Positions 21,319 through 31,029 of a stretch of 64,000 nucleotides of DNA are shown one piece after another (within the stretch, counting starts at the first letter, position 1; the number at the start of each line of letters is the position of its first letter). The stretch lies in the NCBI GenBank assembly GCA_963795085.1, contig CAWCFX010000001.1:64001-128000 (forward strand), in the 5' to 3' direction. Below the pieces are notes generated by a model. That model saw only the letters and a list, made by a program, of their open reading frames with translations. It did no database searches and had not been told where the DNA came from. The position numbers and the translations under genes were made by a program. This DNA is from an uncultured Gemmatimonadales bacterium. GTDB taxonomy: Bacteria; Gemmatimonadota; Gemmatimonadetes; Gemmatimonadales; GWC2-71-9.

Positions 21319-22149
21319 CTAGCGGGGCAGAAAGTCGTGCAGAAGTTGTTTAAACGCTTGTGGAGCCTCGACATAGGGTACGTGGCCAGAGCCGGCCAGA
21401 AGGTGGAAGGGCGCGTGAAGAATCTCCGCCGTGGCCCGGGCCGTCGCCGCCGGGATGGGATCGCAGTCGCCGTGGAGGACGATGGCCGGTACGTGCAGCC
21501 CGGCCAGGGCGGGGCGCAGGTCGTAATCGCCCAGGCTGGTCCAGACTTCTTCCATCGTGCGCCCGGTGACGCGGAAGGGCGTCATGTCCCGTGCTTTGTC
21601 CGGGTCACAGAAGTAGGCGGCCACCGACAGATCGAAGACCTGGCGCCGGTATCGTTCCGGCGCCTGTTCGCGGAGACCACTTTCCCGGAGCTGGCGCCGC
21701 TGGTCCTGGAGGGCCGGGTCGAGGTTCCGCTCCGCGAAAATCGCTTCGAACTCCGCACGGGCTTCCCGCCAGGCGGGCGCGTGCGATACCAGGGCCAGGT
21801 GGCTCACCTGCCGCGGGTAGCGGGTGGCGTAGAGCAGCGCCAGCAGGCCGCCCCAGGAATAGCCGGCGATCGCCAGCCGGTCGAGTCCCCAGGTCTCCCG
21901 CAGCGCTTCGAGGTCTTCCACCTGTTCCTCCCAGCCCACCGGCACCTCCCGCTCCACCGGCGACTGGCCACCCCCCCGCTGGTCGTAGTAGATGAGGGTT
22001 CGCCCCTCGGCCAGCACGTCAAAACCGGGGCGCAGGTAGTCGTGATGCGCACCGGGCCCCCCGTGAAGCACCACGACGGGGGGACCCGATCCCACGCGGC
22101 GCTCGAACAGGTCCACGCCGCGGATGTTGCGGGAGGTGGTCTCAGCCAT
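21319..22149 (-). CDS. Alpha/beta hydrolase (proline iminopeptidase-like)
   Basis: LHGGPG, YDQRGGG, GYSWGG nucleophile elbow, GDCD, SGH. Confidence 0.9.
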   Translation of the reverse strand: MAETTSRNIRGVDLFERRVGSGPPVVVLHGGPGAHHDYLRPGFDVLAEGRTLIYYDQRGGGQSPVEREVPVGWEEQVEDLEALRETWGLDRLAIAGYSWGGLLALLYATRYPRQVSHLALVSHAPAWREARAEFEAIFAERNLDPALQDQRRQLRESGLREQAPERYRRQVFDLSVAAYFCDPDKARDMTPFRVTGRTMEEVWTSLGDYDLRPALAGLHVPAIVLHGDCDPIPAATARATAEILHAPFHLLAGSGHVPYVEAPQAFKQLLHDFLPR

Positions 22150-23062
22150 AGCTCTCGGTCACGATCCTCACGCTTTCCGAATGAATCGCCGCGATGTCCT
22201 CGACCGACCTGGCGTAGCCGCCGGCCATCGTGAGCACCAGCGGCAGGCCCCGGGCCCGCACGGCGCCGGCCACCAGCCGGTCCCGCTCCGCCAGCCCTTC
22301 GCGGGTCAGTCCCAGCCGGCCGAACCGGTCCTCGCGGTAGGCGTCGGACCCCGCGAGGTAGAACACCAGGTCCGGCGCCCCCGCATCGAGCACCGGCTCC
22401 AGGTGCTGCCGGAGGGTCGCCAGGTAGGCGGCGTCCTCGCAGCCGTCGTCCAGTTCCACGTCGAGGGTACTGGGTTCCCTGTGGAAAGGGTAGTTCTTCC
22501 GGCCATGCATGGAAAAGGTAAAGACATCGGGGTCGCCCGCGAATATCCGGGCGGTGCCGTTGCCCTGGTGGACATCGAGGTCCAGGACGAGCACCCGGCC
22601 GATGCGTCCTTCCCGCTCCAGCACGCGGGTGGCGACCGCGACATCGTTGAATACGCAGAACCCCTCACCGTGGCCGGGAAAGGCGTGGTGCGTCCCGCCG
22701 GCCAGGGTGATGCCGGCTCCCCGGTCCAGGGCATCGCGGGCGGCCTCGAGAGTCGCCTGGACCGTGCGCAGGGACCGCTCCCGCAGCTGTTCGCTCCAGG
22801 GGAAGCCGAGCCGGCGGGCGTCTGCCGCCGGCAGGGTGCCGTGCAGGATCTGGTCGAGATACTCTGGCGTGTGCACCAGGGCGAGGGCCCAGCGTTCGGC
22901 GCGATCGGGCTCGAGGATGGCGTCCGCGGGAAGGATTCCGCGCCGGATGACCGCGTCCCGGATCAGCGGGTACTTCGCGATGGGAAAACGGTGCCCGGGC
23001 GGCAGGTCTATCGTGAAACGGGCCGACGACCAGGCCCGGAGGGAAAGCCTGCTATCGGCCAC
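22142..23062 (-). CDS. Histone deacetylase family protein
   Basis: GHRFP, GGTHHA, GFCVFND, DLDVHQGNG, GGY; start approximate (GTG 23062). Confidence 0.93.
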   Translation of the reverse strand: MADSRLSLRAWSSARFTIDLPPGHRFPIAKYPLIRDAVIRRGILPADAILEPDRAERWALALVHTPEYLDQILHGTLPAADARRLGFPWSEQLRERSLRTVQATLEAARDALDRGAGITLAGGTHHAFPGHGEGFCVFNDVAVATRVLEREGRIGRVLVLDLDVHQGNGTARIFAGDPDVFTFSMHGRKNYPFHREPSTLDVELDDGCEDAAYLATLRQHLEPVLDAGAPDLVFYLAGSDAYREDRFGRLGLTREGLAERDRLVAGAVRARGLPLVLTMAGGYARSVEDIAAIHSESVRIVTESYG

Positions 23063-23089
23063 CGGCAATCGGCAATCGGCGATGGCTGG

Positions 23090-23548
23090 TCACAACAACA
23101 CCGCCAGCGCGTCCGCGATCTGTTTGACGGCCGCTTCTTCCTCGATGGCGAACGGATTGGGGACGTCGCTGTCCACGTCGACCTGGCCCAGGATGAGGGC
23201 ACCCCGGCGGATGAGCACCACCAGCTCGGAACGGGTGAACGCGTTGCAGGCGATGTAATTGGTGATGGCCCGGACATCGCCCACGTTCTGATCTTCGCCG
23301 GTGGCCACCGCGGTGCCGCAGACGCCGTGGCCCACCGCAATCCGGGTGTGCTCGGTTTCCCGGCCGGCGTACGCCTCGAGGACCAGGTCCTCGCCGTGGA
23401 GCATGTAGAGGTACACCGAGGTGTACGGCGCGCCCGCCGCCTGCATCCGGTCGGCGGCAAGCTGAAGCAGGGCCTGGCGGCCGACTTCGCGGGCGAAGGC
23501 GCCCCGGAGGGCGGCGACGATACGTTCGGGGTCGAGGACCGAGGGCAT
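23090..23548 (-). CDS. GAF-domain protein, free methionine-R-sulfoxide reductase (MsrC)-like
   Basis: GHGVCGTA, YIAC...SELVV, GQVDVDS. Confidence 0.8.
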   Translation of the reverse strand: MPSVLDPERIVAALRGAFAREVGRQALLQLAADRMQAAGAPYTSVYLYMLHGEDLVLEAYAGRETEHTRIAVGHGVCGTAVATGEDQNVGDVRAITNYIACNAFTRSELVVLIRRGALILGQVDVDSDVPNPFAIEEEAAVKQIADALAVLL

Positions 23549-23559
23549 GCTGTGGGTCT

Positions 23560-24825
23560 CTAGGTTGAGCGGGATCCCAGGGTGGCGGTCACGGTCTGCC
23601 GGTTTCCGTTCCGGATGAATTCGAGCTGGACCTCGTCCCCGGCCCGGTGGGCACGGAGCGCATCGGTCATGGCCTGCAGGTCCTGGACCGGATGATCGCC
23701 GATCCGCACCAGGATATCGCCCTCGACCAGGCCGGCTTTCTCGGCGGGGCTTCCGGCCCGCACGCCGGAGATCCGCACCCCGCCGGGATTCTCAGTCATG
23801 TCCGGCACCGTCCCCAGGTAGGCTCCGTAGCCGGGGGTGGCGACGGCCCCGGCGTGCGGATTGGGCGGCGCCGCGTCCACGAAGGTGAGCGGCGCGGCGC
23901 GTTCCGCCAGGGCTCGCACGATGCTCGCGGTATAGTCGGCGACCCGGACCAGCCCGTCCACGTTGATCAGGTTCCAGTCATCGCTGGTACGGTGGTAGTC
24001 CTCGTGGAGATCGGTGAACAGGTGCAGCACCGGCCGCTTGGCCGCGAAGAAGGACGCCTGGTCGCTGGGGCCGTAGCCATCGCCCTGTTTCTTGAGGTCG
24101 AACCCGGCGTACCAGTTCAGCGAGTCGAGCAGCGCGGGAAACTCCCGGGCCGTTTCGACGCCGTACGCCACCAGCCGCCGGTTCTTCAGCCGTCCCACCA
24201 TGTCCATGTTGATCATGGCCACGGTGGCCATGAGCGGGTAGAGCGGCTGCTTCACATACCAGGCCGAGCCCAGCAGGCCCAGCTCCTCCCCGCTGAAGGC
24301 GATGAACACCACGGTGCGCGCCGGCGGATGCATCGCAAGGCGGGAGGCAATGTGGATCAGGGCGGCGGTGCCGGAAGCATTGTCGTCCGCGCCGTTATGG
24401 ACCTGGCCGCGGACGTCGGGGTCGAGCGCGCCTGACCCGGGCCCGCCCAGGCCCAGGTGGTCATAGTGCGCCCCCACGATGACGATCTCGTGGCGCCGAG
24501 CGGGGTCCCGGCCCGGCAGGACCCCGATCACGTTCCGGGCCCGGACCTCTCCCAGCCGGAGCTGGGCGACGGCCGGCGCATCGCGGGCAACCGTGAAAGT
24601 CTGGAACCAGCCCTGGGAGGAGGGCTGCAGTCCGGCCGCCGCAAACCGGCGGGCAATGTACTCGGCGGCGCTATCGGCGCCCCGGCTGCCGATGAGACGG
24701 CCGGCCAGCTCATCGGAGGCCAGGTAGCGGACGTCCGCCAGCAGCGTGTAGGCCTCTGGTGTGGTCTGGGCGGCGGCGGGCAGGGCCAGCAGCAGGGCAA
24801 GGAGGGCAGGCTTCAGTGATGTCAT
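23560..24825 (-). CDS. Exported M28 family peptidase with C-terminal PDZ domain
   Basis: Signal peptide, GAHYDHLG, GADDNASG, GEELGLLGS, NMDMVG, DYH; YLGTVPD...GSPAEKAG. Confidence 0.93.
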   Translation of the reverse strand: MTSLKPALLALLLALPAAAQTTPEAYTLLADVRYLASDELAGRLIGSRGADSAAEYIARRFAAAGLQPSSQGWFQTFTVARDAPAVAQLRLGEVRARNVIGVLPGRDPARRHEIVIVGAHYDHLGLGGPGSGALDPDVRGQVHNGADDNASGTAALIHIASRLAMHPPARTVVFIAFSGEELGLLGSAWYVKQPLYPLMATVAMINMDMVGRLKNRRLVAYGVETAREFPALLDSLNWYAGFDLKKQGDGYGPSDQASFFAAKRPVLHLFTDLHEDYHRTSDDWNLINVDGLVRVADYTASIVRALAERAAPLTFVDAAPPNPHAGAVATPGYGAYLGTVPDMTENPGGVRISGVRAGSPAEKAGLVEGDILVRIGDHPVQDLQAMTDALRAHRAGDEVQLEFIRNGNRQTVTATLGSRST

Positions 24826-24953
24826 GGAGCAGGAAATCTAACGGGAACCGCCGGATTTTGGGCAGGGAATCTCGATTTTCAGGCGTTTCAGCGTTGCCGC
24901 ACCTTCGCTGGGGCTATATCTTGACTGTGGCGCCGGTTAGCCGGCTCCTACCC

Positions 24954-26531
24954 ATGACGAGATCCTCAGCCATTGCCGACTGCTTCGCGCGGGTGGTCTT
25001 CCTTCTTCGAGACGTTCCAGATGACCGGGATGCCCAGAAGGACGCGTTCCGTGCGCTCCTGATCCGGATCACGGACCAGCCACTCCGCATTGCGGTCGGC
25101 AACGGCCGCCTCCTGGTCGACGACGAAGTCGTGGAGCCGGAAACGCCCGGCACCGTCGCCTTGCGGCGCCAGTTGCTGGGCCACGGGGTCGGCGCGCTCT
25201 CGATCCCTCCGGGGCTCAATCCCGGGCAGGTGCTTACCGTGGTCCGGGCGATGGCCGCCCCCGTCGGCGCCTTTCCCCGCCTGCAGCAGCTTGCCGATCA
25301 TTTCACCGTCTCCGGCGTGGATGGCGTGGTCATCACGCCGCCGCTGCCGTCCGCGTCCGTCAATGCGACCGAGCCGGTTTCCCGGAACACGCCGCCCAGG
25401 GCCGTGGCGCCGCCCGCCCTGCCGGATCCCGAGGAGGCCGCCGATGACGCGGGCGAGATTGCCGCGCTGGGCCCCGATGCCGCCAACGAGGAGTCGGTCG
25501 GGCTGCTGCACTTCGTCACCCTGGAGATGAAGTCCATCGGCCGGCTGGACGAGTTGCTGATCGAACTGGAGCGCCATCCCAGTTCGGCCGACACCGGGGA
25601 ACTGCTGAACGAGGTGCTGGCGTTTGGCGAAGGGGCCAGCCAGAAGGAGGAATGGGAGGAACTGGCCCGGGTGGGGGCGGCCCTGGTGCGGCTGGAGAGC
25701 CAGGCCAGCGACGAATCGCAGCGGCGCCTCTACGGGATCGCGCTGCGGCGCCTGATCTCTCCTTCCAGCCTGGAGCAGATCGCCCGGCTGCTGCCGCTGA
25801 GCGAGCAGCGGGAGACCGCCATCACCACTCTCCGTCGGATGGGCGCCGACGCTACCGAGGTGCTGGTCCAGTTGCTGATCGCCGAAACCGACGTGGGCCG
25901 CCGGCGGGTGTACTTCAACGCCGTGACCCAGATGACCGAGGGGTCCGAACTCCTGGTCCACATGCTGGGCCACGACGAGTGGTTCGTGGTGCGGAACGTC
26001 GCCGAGCTGTGCGGTGAGATGATGCTGGAGGAGGCGGTGCCCAGCCTGTCCCGGCTGCTCAGCCACAGCGACGAACGGGTGCGCCGGGCGGCGGCCGGTG
26101 CGCTGGGGCGGATCGGATCCGCGGCGACCCTGGAGCCGCTGCGCAACGCCCTCCAGGACACCAGCGCCATGGTCCGGCTGCAGGCCGCGTCGGCGGTGGA
26201 AGGCACCCGGGGCAAGAGCCTGGTCCCCGCCCTGATTCGTCTGCTGGAGGACGAAAGCCATCCCGACGTTCAGCGGGAAATGCTGCATGCCCTCGGCCGC
26301 ACCGGCACCCCGGAGGCGGTGGAGGCGCTGGTCCGGGCCAGCCAGCCGGCGCGCGGTCTGTTCAAGAAAAAGTCCACCGCGCTCAGGGCCGAGGCGGTCG
26401 AAGGGCTCCGGCTGGCCGGCGGGCCGGAGGCCGCCGCCGCGCTCAAGGACCTGCAGAAAGACAAAGAGGACGCCGTCCGTCATGCGGCGGTTTACGCCCT
26501 CAAGACCGTGCTGCAAACTCCCCGGAACTGA
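24954..26531 (+). CDS. HEAT-repeat protein
   Basis: Repeats such as WFVVRNVAELCG, ERVRRAAAGALG, MVRLQAASAV; start set at MTRSS. Confidence 0.85.
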   Translation: MTRSSAIADCFARVVFLLRDVPDDRDAQKDAFRALLIRITDQPLRIAVGNGRLLVDDEVVEPETPGTVALRRQLLGHGVGALSIPPGLNPGQVLTVVRAMAAPVGAFPRLQQLADHFTVSGVDGVVITPPLPSASVNATEPVSRNTPPRAVAPPALPDPEEAADDAGEIAALGPDAANEESVGLLHFVTLEMKSIGRLDELLIELERHPSSADTGELLNEVLAFGEGASQKEEWEELARVGAALVRLESQASDESQRRLYGIALRRLISPSSLEQIARLLPLSEQRETAITTLRRMGADATEVLVQLLIAETDVGRRRVYFNAVTQMTEGSELLVHMLGHDEWFVVRNVAELCGEMMLEEAVPSLSRLLSHSDERVRRAAAGALGRIGSAATLEPLRNALQDTSAMVRLQAASAVEGTRGKSLVPALIRLLEDESHPDVQREMLHALGRTGTPEAVEALVRASQPARGLFKKKSTALRAEAVEGLRLAGGPEAAAALKDLQKDKEDAVRHAAVYALKTVLQTPRN

Positions 26532-26610
26532 GTCCGCCGCCAGCCCGGTACGACCAAGCTCGAACTACCACAGAACAGGCCCATTTCTCTCGGACGCCAG
26601 CCCTGCCCGA

Positions 26611-26667
26611 GACAACAAAGCACGAAATGGTCCCGCCCATCTCTCCCGGATTTCGTGCTTGGTCGTC
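26611..26667. terminator. Long imperfect hairpin between convergent genes (GCACGAAA repeat family)
   Basis: gacaacaaagcacgaaat ... atttcgtgcttggtcgtc. Confidence 0.6.
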
Positions 26668-26668
26668 C

Positions 26669-27736
26669 CTACCGGGGGACCAGGTCGGTCCCGCTTCCTA
26701 CTTTTCTGGCAAAGGCGGCCAGCACCCGGGCCGCCTGTTCCACGTCCGATAGCGCGATCATCTCGTTGGGGCTGTGCATGTAGCGGAGGGGGACCGACAC
26801 CAGGCCGGTTGCCACGCCGCGGTGCGCGGTGAAGATGGCGTCGGCATCAGTGCCGGTCCACCGCGGGGCGGCATGCAAGGCGAACGGGATCTTCTCGGCT
26901 TCGGCTGCTTCGACCAGCAGGTTGAACACCCCGCTGTTGATCGCGGAACCGCGGCTCAGGACCGGACCCCCGCCCAGCTTGATCTCCCCGTGCTGTTTCT
27001 TTTCGATGCCGGGGCAGTCGGTGGCGTGGGTGACATCCACCACGATCGCGATGTCCGCCTCCAGGCCGGTCGCCGAGGTCCGGGCGCCCCCGCCGGTGTA
27101 GGAGATCTCTTCCTGGGTGGTCGCCACCGCGGTCACCGTCACGGTGGGGCGCTCGGCCGCCAGCAGCCGGAGGGCTTCCAGCACCACGAAGGCGCCGATC
27201 CGGTTGTCGAGGCTCCGGCTGACCAGCCGGCCTCCCGGATATTCCTCGACGCCGGCGGCCAGGACCCCGGCATCGCCCACCCGCACCCGGGCCGTTGCCT
27301 CTTCCCGGGTATTGGCGCCTATATCAATCCAGAGGTCGCTGGTCCGGGAGACCTTTTCCCGGTCCTCCTTTTCCATCAGGTGAATGGCCTTCTTGCCGAT
27401 CACCCCGTGCACGGTTTCGCTCCGGCCCAGGAGCAGCACCCGCTGCCCCACGAATACCTGGGAATCCCATCCACCGATCGTGTCGAAGTAAACAAATCCC
27501 TCGGCGTCCACGTGAGTGACCATGATGCCGATCTCGTCGATATGGCCGGCGAACATGATGCTGGGACGTGCCTCTCCCGAGAGCGTTGCGTAGGAATTGC
27601 CGCCGTTGTCAGCCCGGACCTGGTCGGCAAACTTTTCGGCCTCGGACCGCCACAGCCGCGCGGGCAGGCTCTCGAAGCAGGAGGGCCCGGGAGAATCCAG
27701 CAACTTCTTGAGGAGGGCGAGGGAAGACGTTTCCAT
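26669..27736 (-). CDS. M42 family metallo-aminopeptidase
   Basis: GHIDEIG, LDNRIG, QEEI, VDVTH, GTDAD, RYMHS. Confidence 0.95.
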   Translation of the reverse strand: METSSLALLKKLLDSPGPSCFESLPARLWRSEAEKFADQVRADNGGNSYATLSGEARPSIMFAGHIDEIGIMVTHVDAEGFVYFDTIGGWDSQVFVGQRVLLLGRSETVHGVIGKKAIHLMEKEDREKVSRTSDLWIDIGANTREEATARVRVGDAGVLAAGVEEYPGGRLVSRSLDNRIGAFVVLEALRLLAAERPTVTVTAVATTQEEISYTGGGARTSATGLEADIAIVVDVTHATDCPGIEKKQHGEIKLGGGPVLSRGSAINSGVFNLLVEAAEAEKIPFALHAAPRWTGTDADAIFTAHRGVATGLVSVPLRYMHSPNEMIALSDVEQAARVLAAFARKVGSGTDLVPR

Positions 27737-27834
27737 GTCGTTGTTCTATCTGTCGTCGGGATACCCATCACTACCGGTTGAACTGCCGTATATCGGCCCC
27801 TGGCCGGAATACTTGAACCTTCCCGGGAACCCCT

Positions 27835-27864
27835 CCCACTGCCCACTCCTCACTCCTGACTCCT
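27835..27864. repeat. Short degenerate 7-bp tandem repeat after the OPT stop
   Basis: cccact gcccact cctcact cctgact cct. Confidence 0.55.
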
Positions 27865-27869
27865 CGTTT

Positions 27870-30059
27870 CTATCTCTTTCCCGCCACCCGCCACAGCATC
27901 GCCCCCATGGCCAGGAAAATGGCCATGGCCACCAGGTCGCTGGCGGCAAAGGCGCCCAGCCCGCTCTCCACTCCTGCCAGGTGGGCCAGGTAGTCCGCGG
28001 CCGGGATGTTGGCCGCCGCGGCGCGGCTGTTCAGGATAGTGGCGAGGCCCGCGACGAAGATACCCGCGATGGCGCCTCCGGCGATGAGCCCGCTGGAGAA
28101 CAGGACACCCGGGCCTGATTCCAGTTCGGCAATAGATTCGGTGCCGGGGCTCTTTTTCCGTTCCACCAGCCAGCGGATGACGCCGCCGGCAAACATGGCG
28201 GAGGAGGTCGAGATCGGCAGATACACCCCCACGGCGATGGGCAGCGACTGGAGACCCATGAGTTCAATGCCGATGGTGATGAAAACGCCGAGAAGCACCA
28301 GGGTCCAGGGCAGCTTCTGGGTCAGGATCCCGTCGGTGACCAGGGCCATGATGGTGGCCTTGGGGCTGTCCAGCTTGGTAATGGGCTTGCCGTTCAGCTC
28401 GCGGACCCGGCCCCCGATCCCGGGGTCCACCAGGAAGGCAACTTCCCGGGTCTGGGGATCCACCAGATACTTCCCGGCGGTGATGCCCTGGGTGATCACG
28501 TTGACCCGGACCACGCGGTATTCTTTTCCCTGGTGCTGCATCATCTCGCCGGTGGCGGTGATAGAGCGGTCCGGCGAGTTCCCTTCCGGGATCTCCAGGG
28601 CCACGCCGGGATGGGGTTCGGGGACAATGTTGGTGTAGGTGCTGTTGAGCAGGGTGAGGGTCCACCCGATGACCAGGGCGGACGTGAGTGCGCCGATCAT
28701 GATGCCGACCTGCTGCTTCCAGGGCGTGGCGCCGACGAGGAAGCCGGTCTTGAGATCCTGCGAAGTCGCCCCGGCGTTGCCCGCGGCCACCGCGATGACG
28801 GCGGCCAGCGAAATGGCCCCCACCCGGTGATCCACTCCGGTCCACCCGATAATGAGAAAAATGAAGCAGATCCCGATCAGGGCGGCGATGGTCATTCCGG
28901 AAATCGGGTTGGCGCTGGAGCCGATCTCGCCAGTGATCCGGGAAGAGACGGTGACGAAAAAGAACCCGAACACGATGATCAGGACCGCGCCCAGCAGGTT
29001 GACGGCCAGGGTGGGCAGCAGGGTCAGGGCCAGGGCCAGGACGATGGCACCGAGAACGGTAATCCAGACCGGCAGGTCGAGGTCGGTGCGGATGCGCTCG
29101 GCCGCAACGCCCATACTGCCCCGCAGGTCCTGGAACCCGGAGCGGAACGCCCCGACGATGGTCGGCAGCGACCGGATCAGCGCGATGATGCCGGCGGAGG
29201 CCACCGCCCCGGCGCCGATGAAGAAGATGTAGTTGGCGCGAATCTCGCCCGGGCTCATCCCGGAAATCAGCGTGGCGCCGGGAAAGAGCGGGGTGGTCAG
29301 CCCCTCGCCGAAGAACTTGATGGCCGGCACCAGCACCAGGTAGGCCAGCGTCCCCCCGGCAAACAGGTACCCCGCGATCCGCGGCCCAATGATGTAGCCG
29401 ACGCCCATCAGTTCCGGGGAGACCTCCGTGCTGGCGACGGCCCCGGGATAGGCCCGGGTGGCGAACGAGGGGTACTCCTTCCAGGCCTTGAGGCCGGCCA
29501 TCAGGAACTTGTACCCGAAGGCGAGCCCAAAGGCCTGGAACAGCAGGCGGGCCTGCAGCCCCCCCCGTTCGCCGGCCTTCAGCACCTCGGCACACGCGGT
29601 GCCCTCCGGGTAGGTGAGTTTCCCGTGTTCCTTGACGATCAGGGCGCGGCGCAGGGGAATCATCATCAACACCCCGAGGATGCCGCCGACCACCGCGAGG
29701 ACCGCCACCTTCCCCACGCTCAGGTCATACCCCATCAGGAGAATCGCCGGAACGGTGAAGACGATACCGGCAGCGATGGACTCGCCGGCCGACCCGGTCG
29801 TCTGGACCATGTTGTTTTCCAGGATGGTGCTGCCGAACCGGCGAAAAAAAGCCACCGCAATGACCGCGATGGGAATGGACGCCGAGACCGTCAGGCCGAT
29901 CTTGAGCGCCAGGTAGACGCTGGACGCGGCGAAGACCACCCCCAGCAGGGCCCCCAGCACGACGGCCCGGGTGGTGAACTCCCGGGGAGCCTCGGCGGCG
30001 GAGACATACGGCTGAAAGACCGGGTCCTCGGTCGGAGCGGGACTCGCTGTGGGCGGCAT
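27870..30059 (-). CDS. Oligopeptide transporter, OPT family
   Basis: YLALKIGLTVSASIP, ENNMVQT, YPEGTAC, QDLKTG..VGATP; many TM segments. Confidence 0.95.
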   Translation of the reverse strand: MPPTASPAPTEDPVFQPYVSAAEAPREFTTRAVVLGALLGVVFAASSVYLALKIGLTVSASIPIAVIAVAFFRRFGSTILENNMVQTTGSAGESIAAGIVFTVPAILLMGYDLSVGKVAVLAVVGGILGVLMMIPLRRALIVKEHGKLTYPEGTACAEVLKAGERGGLQARLLFQAFGLAFGYKFLMAGLKAWKEYPSFATRAYPGAVASTEVSPELMGVGYIIGPRIAGYLFAGGTLAYLVLVPAIKFFGEGLTTPLFPGATLISGMSPGEIRANYIFFIGAGAVASAGIIALIRSLPTIVGAFRSGFQDLRGSMGVAAERIRTDLDLPVWITVLGAIVLALALTLLPTLAVNLLGAVLIIVFGFFFVTVSSRITGEIGSSANPISGMTIAALIGICFIFLIIGWTGVDHRVGAISLAAVIAVAAGNAGATSQDLKTGFLVGATPWKQQVGIMIGALTSALVIGWTLTLLNSTYTNIVPEPHPGVALEIPEGNSPDRSITATGEMMQHQGKEYRVVRVNVITQGITAGKYLVDPQTREVAFLVDPGIGGRVRELNGKPITKLDSPKATIMALVTDGILTQKLPWTLVLLGVFITIGIELMGLQSLPIAVGVYLPISTSSAMFAGGVIRWLVERKKSPGTESIAELESGPGVLFSSGLIAGGAIAGIFVAGLATILNSRAAAANIPAADYLAHLAGVESGLGAFAASDLVAMAIFLAMGAMLWRVAGKR

Positions 30060-30134
30060 GCGGGTTTCCTCGACGGGTTAAGCGGGGAGATAGGGGCGCC
30101 CCAAGCTACGCCGGGACAGTGAGTTCGTCCAGCG

Positions 30135-30181
30135 TGTGGCCCAGGTCACGTGTGAGCACAGTCACTGTGAAAAGCCTCCCG
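30135..30181 (+). promoter_or_regulatory. Three tandem CRP/FNR-family-like boxes (TGTGA-N6-TCACA type)
   Basis: TGTGG-cccagg-TCACG (30135-30150), TGTGA-gcacag-TCACT (30151-30166), TGTGA-aaagcc-TCCCG (30166-30181). Confidence 0.55.
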
Positions 30182-30256
30182 ATGGTCCAAACTCCATCCA
30201 CATCAGGAAGACATTCCATCGCTGGCCGCACGTTCACGTTCGAAAGGGTGTTTCCA

Positions 30257-30406
30257 ATGCTCGAAACGATCTTCGTGATTCTCCTGGTGCTCTGGCTGCT
30301 GGGCATGGTCACGTCGTACACGCTCGGCGGGTTCATACACGTCCTCCTGGTGCTGGCGATCGTCGCCATCGTGGTACGCGTGATCCAGGGGCGGCGACCA
30401 ATTTAG
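30257..30406 (+). CDS. lmo0937 family small membrane protein
   Basis: MLETIFVILLVLWLLGMVTSYTLGGFIHVLLVLAIVAIVVRVIQGRRPI. Confidence 0.9.
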   Translation: MLETIFVILLVLWLLGMVTSYTLGGFIHVLLVLAIVAIVVRVIQGRRPI

Positions 30407-30444
30407 GCAACCAGTTTCTCACCCATCAACAACAGGAGCCGGAC

Positions 30445-30963
30445 ATGGCTGACAATAGAGAGAAGAACCGGAAGGACGAGCCGGATGCCAACCGTGACCC
30501 GATCACGGGAGCCCCGGGCTCGCACCCGGTGGGAACCGGGCTGGGCGCGGCCGGCGGGGCCGCGGCGGGTGCCGCCCTGGGCGCGGCGGCAGGCCCGGTG
30601 GGCGCGGTGGTCGGCGGCGCGGTCGGTGCGGTCGCCGGCGGGCTGGCCGGCAAAGGCGCCGCGGAAGCCGTGAACCCCACGGTGGAGGACACCTACTGGC
30701 GCGAGAACTACGCCAGCCGTCCCTACGTGACCCCGGGAACGGACTACGATACCTACGCCCCCGCCTACCGCTACGGCTGGGAGTCCCGCGGCCATTTCAT
30801 CGGCAGCAGCTTCGATGAGGTGGAATCGGACCTGGGCCGGGAGTGGGACAAGGCGAAGGGCAAGTCCAGCCTCGGCTGGGACCGCGCCCGGGAAGCCGCG
30901 CGGGACGCGTGGCACCGGGTCGAACGGGCCCTTCCGGGCGACGCCGACAACGACGGCAGGTAG
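30445..30963 (+). CDS. Glycine-zipper-containing conserved hypothetical protein
   Basis: AGGAG RBS; NRDPITGAPGSHPVGTG, Gly/Ala zipper, PAYRYGWES, AARDAWHR. Confidence 0.85.
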   Translation: MADNREKNRKDEPDANRDPITGAPGSHPVGTGLGAAGGAAAGAALGAAAGPVGAVVGGAVGAVAGGLAGKGAAEAVNPTVEDTYWRENYASRPYVTPGTDYDTYAPAYRYGWESRGHFIGSSFDEVESDLGREWDKAKGKSSLGWDRAREAARDAWHRVERALPGDADNDGR

Positions 30964-31029
30964 GAAGTGCCGGGACTCGAGATCGTGCTCCCCCGGGGGC
31001 ATCAACCCAGGCCGCGTCAAAGGACTACC

